The position numbers and the translations under genes were made by a program. A stretch of 64,000 bases of DNA from Octopus bimaculoides. Lineage: Eukaryota. The notes under the pieces are model-generated. The model was not told the origin of the DNA. It was given only the letters and a program-made list of their open reading frames with translations, and ran no database searches. Below, piece after piece: positions 51,345-64,000 of this stretch (positions within the stretch are counted from its first letter, which is position 1; the number at the start of each line of letters is the position of its first letter). The stretch spans positions 31,594,571-31,658,570 of the forward strand of contig NC_069005.1 of assembly GCF_001194135.2 (NCBI RefSeq), written 5' to 3'.

Positions 51345-54192
51345 GTAAGTAAAACAAGTTTCCTTTCCTTTCCTTTTTAAGGGGAGATAGTTACAAACAT
51401 AAAGCTTTATGTAAAGGTATGTCTACACTTTAGGGCTCCATGCCGTCGACTTTAATTTTTTTATTATTCTTTTGAAAATGTATGTTTTTAAATCAAATTT
51501 TACACAGATGCACTTTCGAATGTGTAGATTATGCTTATTTCGATATCATTTTAAAATGATTTATCTTTCAGGAGTTTCGAATTATTCTTTACTCCCAAAT
51601 GACTTTGCTCCAGATAATTTCCGTTACTTGCGCATTAAAATTTTTGTTTTCAAATTTATATATTTGAAATATTAACATTACATTATATGCACTTTCGAAA
51701 AAATATTTTTCCAAAATATCATTTAAAAATATGCTTTCCAAATTATTCTCTCCTCTCTCGCCTGTGTTTTGAAGAAATTCAGTCGAGGAGAGAATGATCC
51801 GAATTTCCTCTCTATTTTTTAATTTTTTAGTGTTATCATAAAAAAAAAAATAATATTCTACACTGTCGATAAGATATCTACAGAATTTTGTTAAAATATA
51901 TATACATTTTCCCCCTGAAAGTTATGAGGAAGCGAGTTCTTGGGATACCAAACTATAGTTATGCACACAATTTTACAACCTTTAATGCAGAGAGGTTGGA
52001 TATCGTAATATCTTTAGAGTCTACCCACAAAATTCCGTAGGAAAGGAGGAAAAAAAAAATTTTCTATTCACCGATATTGTTTCGAACCTAGAATTATTCC
52101 AATAAAGAATAAAAGAGATCGGATTAAAATTTAGGAGAATGGAATATTTTCCTAGAGGTGAGTTTATAAACAAGTGACAATTACTGGAGTACGTAGACGC
52201 CCTGGGAAGCAGATGAATTAACAAAACAAGGAACACAAGAATTTAATAGAAAGCGATTACGTTCCAAATCTTTCACAAATCAAAGAATTCTTCAAAAGGA
52301 TGGGGAAATATTGGGAAGAATCAATAGATAAACAATCGAATTTTAATCCCCCGTCAATGTATAAAATGTATCATACACTGAGAAAAATTAATAAACACAA
52401 ATTTCGTAAGCTTTGAACAGAGTCGTGTTTCTTAAAGCTATCACAAACAGGTCACAATGGAATCAGTCACTTTTATATTCTCGTGGGAAATATTCAGAAA
52501 AAATGTTTGGCATTTATTGGTTCGAGTGTAAAATGTACCAGTCTTAGAAAGAGAGGGGATATTTTAAAAAATGCTCTTAAAAAGCCCACCAAAGCTAGAA
52601 GTACGATTCCTTTTCAAAGATCCACCAACCAGTTTATATAGGCTACAATAAGATTTAACAACAGAAACATATAATTGTTGTTTAGTTCGGTAAAAGAGAC
52701 CTATCGAACAAGTATCAAACTTGAAATATATATTGAAGGCAGTTTGTTTGACTAAACCATATCAAGGTAGTGCCCCAGCATGACCGTAGTCCAATGATTG
52801 AAACAAAAGATAAAACAACTGTTCTACCTTTGATCTTATTTATTATTTTTTTTTTTTTTATAGTTCTTTTAAATAAGGGTTCTAATATATCTTCCACGGT
52901 TTGTTATGTCCTACCTACACAAACGTATCCCCTGCACGAATTTGTTTCCTCATAACTTTCAGAAAAATGGCAATTTTTTTTTAATGAAATATTCTATAAT
53001 AAGCTTCAGATGGTGTAGATTCCTATTATATTCGGAATTAATGGGGGGGGGATTCCGAAAGTGGGGAAGAGAAGTTTCGGAAAATTCACGTAAGTCGACT
53101 TCGTTTCCTCGTAATTTTTGAAAAAATTATATTTTTAATGAAATTCTCCACAAATACTTTTTAGATGGTGTTGAGTAAATTTTATCGGAATTTGATGGGG
53201 AAAAAACTTTTAAAAGTTATGAGGAAACAAAATCGATGGGGTAGGGCACACTTGTGTAAGTATACCATCAGCTTTAGCAGCAGATATTTAAATAAATAAA
53301 GCTGTTTGCTTGGCTTATGCAAGGTGGTCGAATAGTCACGAAATGTGTTAATAGTTCGTTTATGTTACGTTTTGAATTTACAACACATTACCATCATATA
53401 CAGTAGGTAGATAGATAGAAAGGAAATATATGTAGGTTAGGTGTGAAAAATCACATCTTGTAATTTACGAAATAAAAAAGAAATAATAATAGTAATAAAA
53501 CACATTTATTTAAATTTCAGATCCCTTTGTGAGTTAATCCACCTTGTATACTAGAATCGAGCAAATATGTCCTGTACTTAACAGTACAGCGATGTTTCGA
53601 GGTAGAAGACCCGTGTCACATGAGGAAGAAAAAGGTTACGGAAGAAGGGAAAAAGCAAAATGCTAAAAATATAAAATAATAATAATAACAATCAAAATTT
53701 TGGGGGAAAATATTTCTTTTTTCCCCACTAAAATCGTAATTTCTGTTGTATGAAAGTCAGCAATACTACTTGTAAAAACAAAAAGGATAGAAAAAAAAAC
53801 TACCCTTTTCTTTTCCCATGTGGCATGGGACTTATTAATCCGAAACTCCGGTTAAAGAACCTACAATGTTCTCAGTCCAAGTAGTGTGGAGCACCTTGCT
53901 GAAGGATGCAATGTACAACTAAGAATCGAGAGAGGGGGAGGGAGTACACATATAGCAGTACGTAAAGGGAGATAACTAAACATTCAATATACCAGACTAA
54001 TAAGTCAACGACGAAGCACGTATGTGGTCTCACGATCTGCTAGTAATAGCAGCCAGATCTCTTCAAATCATACCCTACTTAAAAAGAAATCGTTATTATT
54101 ATCAGTTAAATTAATTTCTCTGTTTCTTTTAAATGTTAATCCTCTGATTTTTTTTTTGTTCAATTTTTTTTTTTTTTTTTCATATTTTGCAG

Positions 54193-54867
54193 TTGATATC
54201 TGTCGATATTGAAAGTCTCACTCGGACGCTTAGTGGAATTTTGGGAAACATCCGATCTCATTTCATTTCTAAACCAGGTGATTATTACAGCGATGATCTT
54301 TTTTTCGTCTCAATGGCCATGCATCAAGTGATGCCCACTCTACTACACAAGGTAATTATGATGGACATTGACACCAAACTACAGGCGGATGTGGCCCAAC
54401 TCTTTGGACACTTTGACCACTTCGCCAAGGACAATGTCATTGGGATTGCTCACGAACTCCAACCAGTCTATCGGCATATTCTTCACCATTATCGGAATGA
54501 AAATCCGGCCACCCATGTCGGTGAACCACTCCCTGATGGCTTCCCAGGGTTCAACAGCGGGGTCATGTTGCTTGACCTCGATCGTTTACGAGAATCCACG
54601 CTCTACAACTCGCTGCTTCAGCCGGAGGTCATTAAGAATTTGACAGAAAAATACAAGTTCAAAGGACATCTTGGCGACCAAGATTTTTACACGCTGGTTG
54701 CGTTAGAGCATCCGCAGCTGTTCTATGTGCTTCCTTGCACTTGGAATCGGCAGCTTTGTCAGTGGTGGCGAGACAAAGGCTACGAAAGTATTTTCGATAA
54801 CTATTATCGTTGTGAGGGCCACATCAATCTTTATCATGGCAACTGTGATACAGTAATTCCAGAGTAA
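54193..54867 (+). CDS. XXYLT1: Xyloside xylosyltransferase 1, coding exon 2 (catalytic domain)
   Basis: Acceptor TTTTGCAG|T. Contains DxD (MDID), FNSGVMLLDL, HLGDQDFYTL, WNRQLCQWW and YHGNCDT, all characteristic of XXYLT1. Joined protein is 397 aa. Confidence 0.95.
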   Translation: MISVDIESLTRTLSGILGNIRSHFISKPGDYYSDDLFFVSMAMHQVMPTLLHKVIMMDIDTKLQADVAQLFGHFDHFAKDNVIGIAHELQPVYRHILHHYRNENPATHVGEPLPDGFPGFNSGVMLLDLDRLRESTLYNSLLQPEVIKNLTEKYKFKGHLGDQDFYTLVALEHPQLFYVLPCTWNRQLCQWWRDKGYESIFDNYYRCEGHINLYHGNCDTVIPE

Positions 54868-55412
54868 GACCAGAGCNNNNNNNNNNNNNNNNNNNNNNNN
54901 NNNNNNNNNNNNNNNNNNNNNNNNNNNNNNNNNNNNNNNNNNNNNNNNNNNNNNNNNNNNNNNNNNNNNNNNNNNNNNNNNNNNNNNNNNNNNNNNNNNN
55001 NNNNNNNNNNNNNNNNNNNNNNNNNNNNNNNNNNNNNNNNNNNNNNNNNNNNNNNNNNNNNNNNNNNNNNNNNNNNNNNNNNNNNNNNNNNNNNNNNNNN
55101 NNNNNNNNNNNNNNNNNNNNNNNNNNNNNNNNNNNNNNNNNNNNNNNNNNNNNNNNNNNNNNNNNNNNNNNNNNNNNNNNNNNNNNNNNNNNNNNNNNNN
55201 NNNNNNNNNNNNNNNNNNNNNNNNNNNNNNNNNNNNNNNNNNNNNNNNNNNNNNNNNNNNNNNNNNNNNNNNNNNNNNNNNNNNNNNNNNNNNNNNNNNN
55301 NNNNNNNNNNNNNNNNNNNNNNNNNNNNNNNNNNNNNNNNNNNNNNNNNNNNNNNNNNNNNNNNNNNNNNNNNNNNNNNNNNNNNNNNNNNNNNNNNNNN
55401 NNNNNNNNNNNN

Positions 55413-55469
<57 letters not shown>

Positions 55470-56337
55470 TGGAGGGGTTGGTGTTAGGAAGGGCATCCAG
55501 CTATAAGATCCCTGCCAAAACAGACACAATAGCCTAGGGTAGTTTTTCTACCTGGACCAGGTCCTGTAAACTGTCCTACCCATGCATGCATGGAAGATAG
55601 ATGTTAAACGATGATTTTATCATCATCATCATCATCATCATCATCATCGTGTAACGTCCGCCTTCCATGCTAGCATGGGTTGGACGATTTGACTGAGGAC
55701 TGGTGAAACCGGATGGCAACACCAGGCTCCAATCTAATTTGGCAGAGTTTCTACAGCTGGATGCCCTTCCTNNNNNNNNNNNNNNNNNNNNNNNNNNNNN
55801 NNNNNNNNNNNNNNNNNNNNNNNNNNNNNNNNNNNNNNNNNNNNNNNNNNNNNNNNNNNNNNNNNNNNNNNNNNNNNNNNNNNNNNNNNNNNNNNNNNNN
55901 NNNNNNNNNNNNNNNNNNNNNNNNNNNNNNNNNNNNNNNNNNNNNNNNNNNNNNNNNNNNNNNNNNNNNNNNNNNNNNNNNNNNNNNNNNNNNNNNNNNN
56001 NNNNNNNNNNNNNNNNNNNNNNNNNNNNNNNNNNNNNNNNNNNNNNNNNNNNNNNNNNNNNNNNNNNNNNNNNNNNTATATATATATGTTTTCACACACA
56101 CAACACACACATATATATTTCAAATGCAGTATCACCATTAAAACAACAGAAAAATTGGGTATCATTACTCTTACAAGGCGGAAAAAAGTTGTCAGCTTCG
56201 TCTTGTAAGAGTAATTTTTCTGCTGTTTTAACAGCAATACTGCATTCGAAATATCACTTTCTTGTCTGTATCGTATGATACACATGTGACGCTTCTAAAA
56301 AACAAATGTAAGTTTGCTTATATACTCACAAGGTTAG

Positions 56338-56389
<52 letters not shown>

Positions 56390-56891
56390 TATACTCACAT
56401 TATTGTTATAAAATGACTCAGGAAGGATGAAAGGTAGGGTTGACTTTGGCACGATTTGAACTCAGAACACAAAGGGCCATAAATGTTCTCCTGACTCTGC
56501 CAGTCTATCACCCAGAAGGTTTACCTGATGTCATTGCGATACTCAGGTGGCATCTGAAACAGGGTTCACTTCATCTGCTGACACTAGTAAATACCAGTGA
56601 TATCCTAAGTTGGATTGGCAGAACCATTAAAGCATTGAACGGCATGCTTTGCAAAATTTAAATGTGGCTCTTTACATTCTGAGTTCAAATTCCACCTGGG
56701 TCAGCAACCAAATACTTGGGTTCATATGATTGACCAGACTCCTACACCAAGATTTATGACCCTGCGCTTATGTTAAAAATAATATACTAAAGTCAAAGGT
56801 CATGTATACAGGCTATATTTTTCTTACTCTCACAAAATTTGGATTTTATGCTAGACAAAAGAGTTCTACCTCTTCGCTTACACTTTATATA

Positions 56892-56923
<32 letters not shown>

Positions 56924-57861
56924 TAATCATAAAGCTAATTTAATCCAGGCAATCACCTCAACAGCAGTTTATGCAAGAGCCTGGCTGCCAAGATGTTCAA
57001 ATAGTAGTGTAAGAACTACACCTTTCAACCATCCAAAGAGTGATTGGTTATTCTTCAGATAATTATCATAGGAGCATTCCACAAACCCAAGACATGTATA
57101 CTAAGTAGATAATGTTATAATCGTTGCTGAGTAAATGACAGTAATTTTAATAATGGAATAGAGATGTCATGTTGATGTTACATATGTTTCAGTGAATTAT
57201 CATTTATTTCATACTGCATACAAGATTTATGTAGTGTTATATAATTCATCTAAGAATGTCTGACAGAGCAAATTGGCTCTAAATTTATTATATAACATAA
57301 CTCCTAGATAATGAAATAAATGGCTATTCATTGAAATACATAACATTAATTTGATTTCACTATTTCTTCATTAAAAACATATAATTATTATATATACATA
57401 TATATATGTGTATTATTTACATTATTATAATATATATACTATTATTATTATATAGTATTATTATTTATATTATTATATTACTATATATTATCTTTAATAT
57501 TATATTCATATATTGTTATTATATAATGGTTGTTGATTGGTAAAGTTCAGATTCCTCCAAGCTTGACTGTGCCATTTGTTCTCGATACATACATTGATAA
57601 AATAAACCACCACTAGTCAAATCCTGGGAGTTGAATAATTCAATTGTATTTTCCTCCAAAGTTGGTTTTGTCCCTATGTTGGGCATTGCTTTTGTTATAT
57701 GTATATATACTATTAAAGCACCAATATGTGAGTTATGATTAAATGTATATTTATTTATATATTATATGTCTATCTTAAAAAACATATTGCAAATCCTTAC
57801 TGTGAAATTCCTTTAATTTTTACCCAAGCAAGTAACCTCCTCAGAAATCAACATCATTCTA

Positions 57862-57910
<49 letters not shown>

Positions 57911-59163
57911 CCATAATCCACTCTGACCAAGCTATCTGGATAGGAAAATACTTTCTAGCATTCCATTTGACATTAACATGGGCGGGGGCTGTTCAAGGTT
58001 CAGCAGAACTCAGCAATATTATTGGTCTATATTTCTTAACTAAATGAAAATTTAAACTTCTTTACACTGAAGGAAGTCTCTCCAGAGATAAGAGACTTCT
58101 GTCGTTTAAAAATCTTAACTCTTGATAAACTCCAGAAAACTTACATCTCTTTCTTTTAATAATTAAAAGTTCAAATTCTTGTAGACTCTAGTCTTGAGTA
58201 ATGAATATTTTAACTGTAACAATGAACCTCAATAATTTCCTATAATTTATATGTTAATAAATGAGGCCCTACACTACATTCACAAGAGCTCTAACTATCC
58301 TAGGAATATAAACAACTTTACAATGACACTATTACAAAACTGCTCTTATATACAGTGAGTCTGAAAAGAAAATAATGGTATAATCTGCTGAATAATTTAT
58401 CTATAACCATACCAGTCATGAAAATATTTTTTTTTTCATCTATTAAATAACATTCCCCCATTCCCCACTGCATAAATATGAAGAATTTTTTAATCAAAAT
58501 ATATTCTATTACACAAAATTTAGTAAATTCTAACTAATCCTGGTTATGCTTAACTCCCACACTATTCACTGTAACTGTACATAAATCTAAACAATTACCC
58601 CAGTCTGTAGAAACTAACAACTTGTCTATGTCATACATTGGTCTTCTTGAGAATCCCTTCAAATTAATATGTAACCTGCATCCCTACACTTGTCACAATC
58701 AAAATATAAGCATAGATCTTAGATTATTTCTATATTAATTAATCTCAATTCTTTTTTTTATCTTACTTCTTATTCTTACAACACATACCTCTTTTGTTTT
58801 TCACTCTACCTCTTTATTCACTTCTTGTTATGTATATGTATGTATATATAATTTAATATACACAATTACAAAAGAGTTACTAATAAATTCATACTTTAGG
58901 AATTGACAGATTTGTATAACGTGTCATGTATCTCCTGAAAGATTGCTTGAAGATACATGACATGTTATATAAATCTGCCAATTTAATGTAACTTAAAGTA
59001 TGAAAATATTGGTAGCTCTCTCATAATTGTGTATATTAAATGATATTTATTTCTCACTGGATGGAGTACTATTTTTGTTGATTCTACCTATAATGGAACA
59101 GTAAACTATATATATATATATATATATATACTTTATTTAAAAGCAGCAGAAATATAACAAAAG

Positions 59164-59203
59164 ACTGTTACTCTGAGTTTCACGTTCCCGTTCATCGGAC
59201 AGT
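59164..59203 (-). ncRNA. 40-nt minimal type-I hammerhead-ribozyme-like motif (U4C core variant)
   Basis: Minus strand reads ACTGT-CCGATGA-ACG GGAA CGT-GAAA-CTC A GAG-TA-ACAGT, inside an 83-bp insert between (TA)n tracts. Confidence 0.55.
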
Positions 59204-59217
59204 TTTACTCCGGTATA

Positions 59218-59262
<45 letters not shown>

Positions 59263-59900
59263 TATATTTCCTGAATCCAAATTTAATTCATTTTGAAATG
59301 ATTTTGTTAATATTATTTATTTATTATTTCTTTGGGGTTTATTTAAGTTTTTTTCCTTTCCAGAATTCATGCTGGTCACTAACAAAGTGACAAAGCTTTT
59401 AACAGGGTGTGTGGATATGTGAATTAATTAGTGCGTGCAAATATGTATGCTTGTACAGATGTGCATGTCATTTTAGTACAGAAGTGTGTGTGTGCTTCAT
59501 AATGGTTTATGCTTGTGTGTGTTTGTGTTCATTCCAGAAACTTCAAAAGTTGAATCCCTGGAATGTTTTACAAATTTTCACAGTTCCTCTAATCGATCAT
59601 CTTTGGAGAATGTAAATCATTTTGCTTTGTTCTTGCTTGGAAAACCCTAGAATTTCTTGGCCCAGGATACCTATAATAACAAGTACAAATGGATGTAATA
59701 TATTTTTCATTAGTTCTTCATTGATGTTTTCTTTTCCCCTAATTTTTGATAAAACATTCACATCTGCTTGACAGCTGATCTCTACAACAATGCATGTATT
59801 TTATTCCCCGTGCCATAGAACAATATCTGGTTCATTGCATTTATGTCAGATTGCTGTTTTTATTGGAATATTCCTCTAGTAATCTATATTTTTAATAAGT

Positions 59901-60045
59901 ATTATTGCATATGTTTATATAAAAATATATACGAGTATATATACAGGAGGCCACTAGGTGATCTTCCTCTAGCACATTACCAGTCCACCTAGTGGCCACC
60001 TGTATATATACTTGTATATATTTTTATATAAACATATGCAATAAT
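59901..60045. repeat. Inverted repeat with 60-bp arms (58/60) and a 25-nt spacer
   Basis: 59901-59960 versus 59986-60045. Confidence 0.9.
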
Positions 60046-60502
60046 CCTTGAGATCTCAGATACTTTTTCTGAATCTCCCTGATTCTTTTAATGTGCTAGT
60101 TACTTGGTATTAAATTGATATTAATTAATATCCAATTTTTTACCCCATTGTTTAATTTTTATATTTTTAATAATGTAGCTACATTCTATTTACGTATGAA
60201 TGTATGTATGTACACATGCACACTACGTCCTTCCTAGCTTCCTTTTTATTTTCTGTTATTTTTCCATACACAATATTGAAATTTGATTTTAAGATTTTTT
60301 TTTATTTTTAGAAACTTTGCAAGATAGAAAATAAATCATTTTAATGATATAATTCTGAGTAGATAAAAGCTACAAATAATAACATGTAGGTTATTGGGTT
60401 AAAAAAAGAAAAAAACTCTTGCATAGAAAAAGATGTCATGGTAGCACATCTGTCATGTTTGCAGATTATTGAAATGATTTGCATTGATTTGGGCCTTTTA
60501 AT

Positions 60503-60732
60503 TTAACCCTTTAGCATTCAGATTACTCTCTGCCAAATATAACGCTTATTCGTTCACATCATTTTGAATTAATCATACGTTACCTTGCCTCCTTGGGATT
60601 TCAATGATGTGATTATTTAGTTTTAGAATGACATTGTAGGATAGGTGTGAGAGGCCAGATTTGGCCAGTTTGAAAACGAATCAGATAGAATATTTAGGCT
60701 GGATGTGGTCAGTGAAAATGCTAAATGGTTAA
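60503..60732. mobile_element. piggyBac-like MITE type 1 (TTAA-CCCTTTAGCATT...AATGCTAAATGG-TTAA)
   Basis: TTAA at both ends and short TIRs. Related copies at ~21095-21290, 41690-41900, 43500-43672(-) and 62920-63125. Confidence 0.7.
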
Positions 60733-61605
60733 ACTTCTGCAGAGTTTTTCTAATGATTTTCTGTTTACCTTGTGAACTTACGAAGGTGTGTGTATGCATG
60801 TATTCATTTTTAACAGTGGAACTTGAAGCAGATAACGCTATAAATAATAATATGTAAATATTAGGTTAAAAATCTCTTTTCATAGAAAAAGTTAAAGGCT
60901 TTTTCTAACCAAAGGCATTTTTAGTAGCTTTATCTTTGAGTTCCAAAGTTAAAAATGAATCACTTTATGCTTCTCAAAGTTCTTGTATTCTCATGACATA
61001 AATATATACGCACTTATACAAACACACATACACACACATTATCCAGTGTACCTCCCCATTTACCCTTCAGTACTGTGTTTTTGTGTTTGTTGATCCTACA
61101 CCAATACCATTGCTCAACAAACAATGTTGGTTTGTTTACATCCTCCCAACTTATTGATTTCAGTAAAGAGACCAACTGAATAAGTACCAGACTTACAAGT
61201 GCTGGGGGTCAATTTATTTGATTAAATTCTTCAAAAGGTGCCCCAGCATGGCTGCAGTCCAGTGGCTGAAACAAGTAAGAGGTAACAGGAAGTACCCTCT
61301 GTAAAATGGTGGGGTGGGTGCATAGGAGGGGGCGTCCAACTGTAGAAACCATGGTGAAGTGAGATGTTTAAATGAGTCGTGATCTCCTGGCCATGCGTGG
61401 GCAGGCAATAACTCTGAAAGATAAACCATGACAACCCACCCTGTCCTTGTCAGCATGAAAAGCAGGCAGAAAAGGATGATAAGGTTAACAATATATATAT
61501 TTATATGTGTGTATATATGTATATATATATGTGTGTGTGTGTATATGTGTGCGTGTATATATGTGTGTGTGTGTATGTATATGTGTGTATATGTATGTAT
61601 ATATA

Positions 61606-61657
<52 letters not shown>

Positions 61658-61720
61658 ATAGTAATGGTAAGACGACAAAAGAATGAAAGAGACCTCAATA
61701 TTATGTAAATAGAGGAATTT

Positions 61721-61842
61721 ATCGGTAAATATAATATGTGACAATTATTCGGTAGCCATAATAAGACTCAGGGTTTTCCGCCCCGACATCTGAAACTCAG
61801 AGTTTTATCATGGCTACCAAATAATTGTCACATATTATATTT

Positions 61843-61848
<6 letters not shown>
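61721..61848. repeat. Inverted repeat with 57-bp arms (51/57) and a 14-nt spacer, abutting (TA)n
   Basis: 61721-61777 versus 61792-61848. Confidence 0.85.
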
Positions 61849-61883
<35 letters not shown>

Positions 61884-61999
61884 TCAACTACAATATTTTG
61901 TCATTTAGTCAGTGTGTTTAACATTCATGCGAGGTATCAAAATGTGTTATGTGTGTGATATTTATGCAGTGTATCATTATTATTATTATTATTATTATT

Positions 62000-62600
62000 A
62001 TCCATGTAATATGTGTTGAATTCATGAAATATATTATCATCCCTGTAATATGTGCTGCCATAACATATTATTATATATCTGTCATCCCTTGTGTAATATA
62101 TGTTAAATTTATGAAATATTTGTTGTCAGTCATGTAATATGTATCATTATAATGTGTTGTTGTTTATATTTTATAACTTATTCAATATGGGCAGCCACAA
62201 GGCATTATTATTTATGTGTCATCTTTTATGTAATATGTGTTAAATTTATGAAATATGCATTATTGGTTATGTAATATGTACCATCATAATATGTTGTTAT
62301 TTATAAGTCATTATTTATAGAATATGTCATTATTTATTTAATCTGCGTAGCCATAAGGCATTATTATTTACATGTCACCATTTATGTAATATGTGCTGAA
62401 TTTATGAAATATACGTTATCAGTTATGTAATATGTTATAATTTGTTATTATTTATATAACATCATTTATGCAATATGTAGTATGTGTTAAATTTATGAAA
62501 TGTATGTTTTCTTTTGTGTAATGTTATCATTTATGCAATATGTGTTATATTGTGTTATTTATATTATCATTTATGTAATATGTATTATCATGTATGTGAT
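62000..62600. repeat. Degenerate AT-rich tandem repeat (GTAATATGTGTTAAATTTATGAAATAT core)
   Basis: The core recurs about five times at irregular spacing of roughly 80-160 bp. Confidence 0.65.
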
Positions 62601-63441
62601 GTTTGTTAATATTAATGTAACATTCAGTCATTATGTTTTTTATGTAATAACACGATTTATTATATAGACAAAAACTTCCCTCATAGTTTTGTGTAAGTTT
62701 TTTTTTTTTTTTTTAAACTTGTGTTCTAAGCACCAGTTTAATTTAAATAGCAATAAATAAAACCATTAACACTTATTTTACTAATTATTCTCCGAATTCA
62801 TGATTGTTTTGAAAATTAATTGGATAACCAATTAGTGGAGCCACTAATGAAGTTTTATCCTTTATCGGTTTTTGACTATGTCCTAAAACAAGTTGGCAAT
62901 TCTGTAATCTCTTGATTAATTTTATAGCATTCAGGTTACTTTGTTACTTATCTATTCACCTTGTTTTGAATTAGTCAGGCATTATCTCATAGCCTTGAAA
63001 TTTCAGTGATGTGATGGTTTATTTTTAGAATGATATTGTAGGGTAGGTGTGAGAGGCTGAGTCTGGCCAGTTTGAAATAAAACAGAATATTTGGGCTGGA
63101 TGTGGCCAGTTTATATGTTAAAGAGTTGGGCAACGGTAACATTAAGCTTTCGGATTACCCTGCCAAGTATAATGCTTATTTATTCAGATTCATTTGAATT
63201 AATCTTCTATAGGCACAAGGCCTGCAATTGGGGAGTCAGGGGTGCTAGTCGATTACACTGATCCCAGTGCATGACTGGTACTCATTTAATCTACCTCAAA
63301 AGGATGAAAGGCAAAAATCAACCTCAGCAGAATTTGAACACAGAACACAGCGGCAGAAGAAATGCTTCTAAGCATTTCGCCTGGCATGCTAATGATTTTG
63401 CCAGCTCACTGCCTTAATAATGATAATAATAATAAATCGAC

Positions 63442-63719
63442 CTCAGGACTTATTCTTTGTAAGCCTAGTACTTATTCTATTGGTCTCTTTTGCTGAATCA
63501 CTAAGTTACGGGGATGTAAACACACCAGCATCAATTGTTAAGCGATGTTGTGGGGAACAAACACACATACGACAGGCTTCTTTCAGTTTCCGTCTGCCAA
63601 ATCCACTCAAATCGGTCGGCCCAAGGCTATAGAAGAAGACACTTGCCTAAGGTGCCGTGCAGTGGGACTGAACCTGAAGTCATGTGGTTGGTATACAAGC
63701 TGCTTACCTCACAGCCACT
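63442..63719 (-). mobile_element. SINE family B copy
   Basis: Reverse complement of the family B head and body. Confidence 0.75.
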
Positions 63720-64000
63720 TCTGTGAAAAAATACTGCAAAACAGTTTCTGATGCTCTAATGAATCTGCCATATTGCTCTGTAGTTGGTATTGAGCTTATT
63801 GTTAGACACACATAAACCTTTACATGGATGGATAAAACAGGTATCACCATGGGTGATATTGGGAGACATTTTTCAGCAGGGTAAAAAGTGCATCTTTATA
63901 TACCAGTAATTAGAATAAAAGAAAAAACAAAATTTAACTGGAAAACAACAGGAGAATTGTAAATATATTTATTAGCATGATATTAAAAAATACAAAAGTG

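Overview
AT-rich, microsatellite-dense eukaryotic scaffold with 11 N-gaps. The repeat content suggests an octopus genome (inference from recalled SINE families, not a database result). Main content: (1) a tandem U3 snoRNA gene cluster at 2-6 kb, with three complete ~236-nt copies, one gap-truncated copy and two fragments. The copies share upstream elements, a TATA-like box near -33 and a T5 run just after the 3' end. (2) A 7-exon AGTRAP-like gene (+, 10981-43427, 172 aa) that the ORF track almost entirely misses. It has a 31-nt micro-exon between a GC-AG intron and a U12-type (minor spliceosome) intron. (3) A two-exon XXYLT1 gene (+, 50826-54867, 397 aa). (4) Many tRNA-derived SINEs, piggyBac-, hAT- and mariner-type MITEs, an RTE LINE remnant, several fold-back palindromes, and two minimal type-I hammerhead-ribozyme-like motifs of the kind associated with Penelope-like elements. 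Nearly all other ORF-track entries come from microsatellites, SINEs or N-runs. All coordinates were read by hand and may be off by a few nt at repeat edges.
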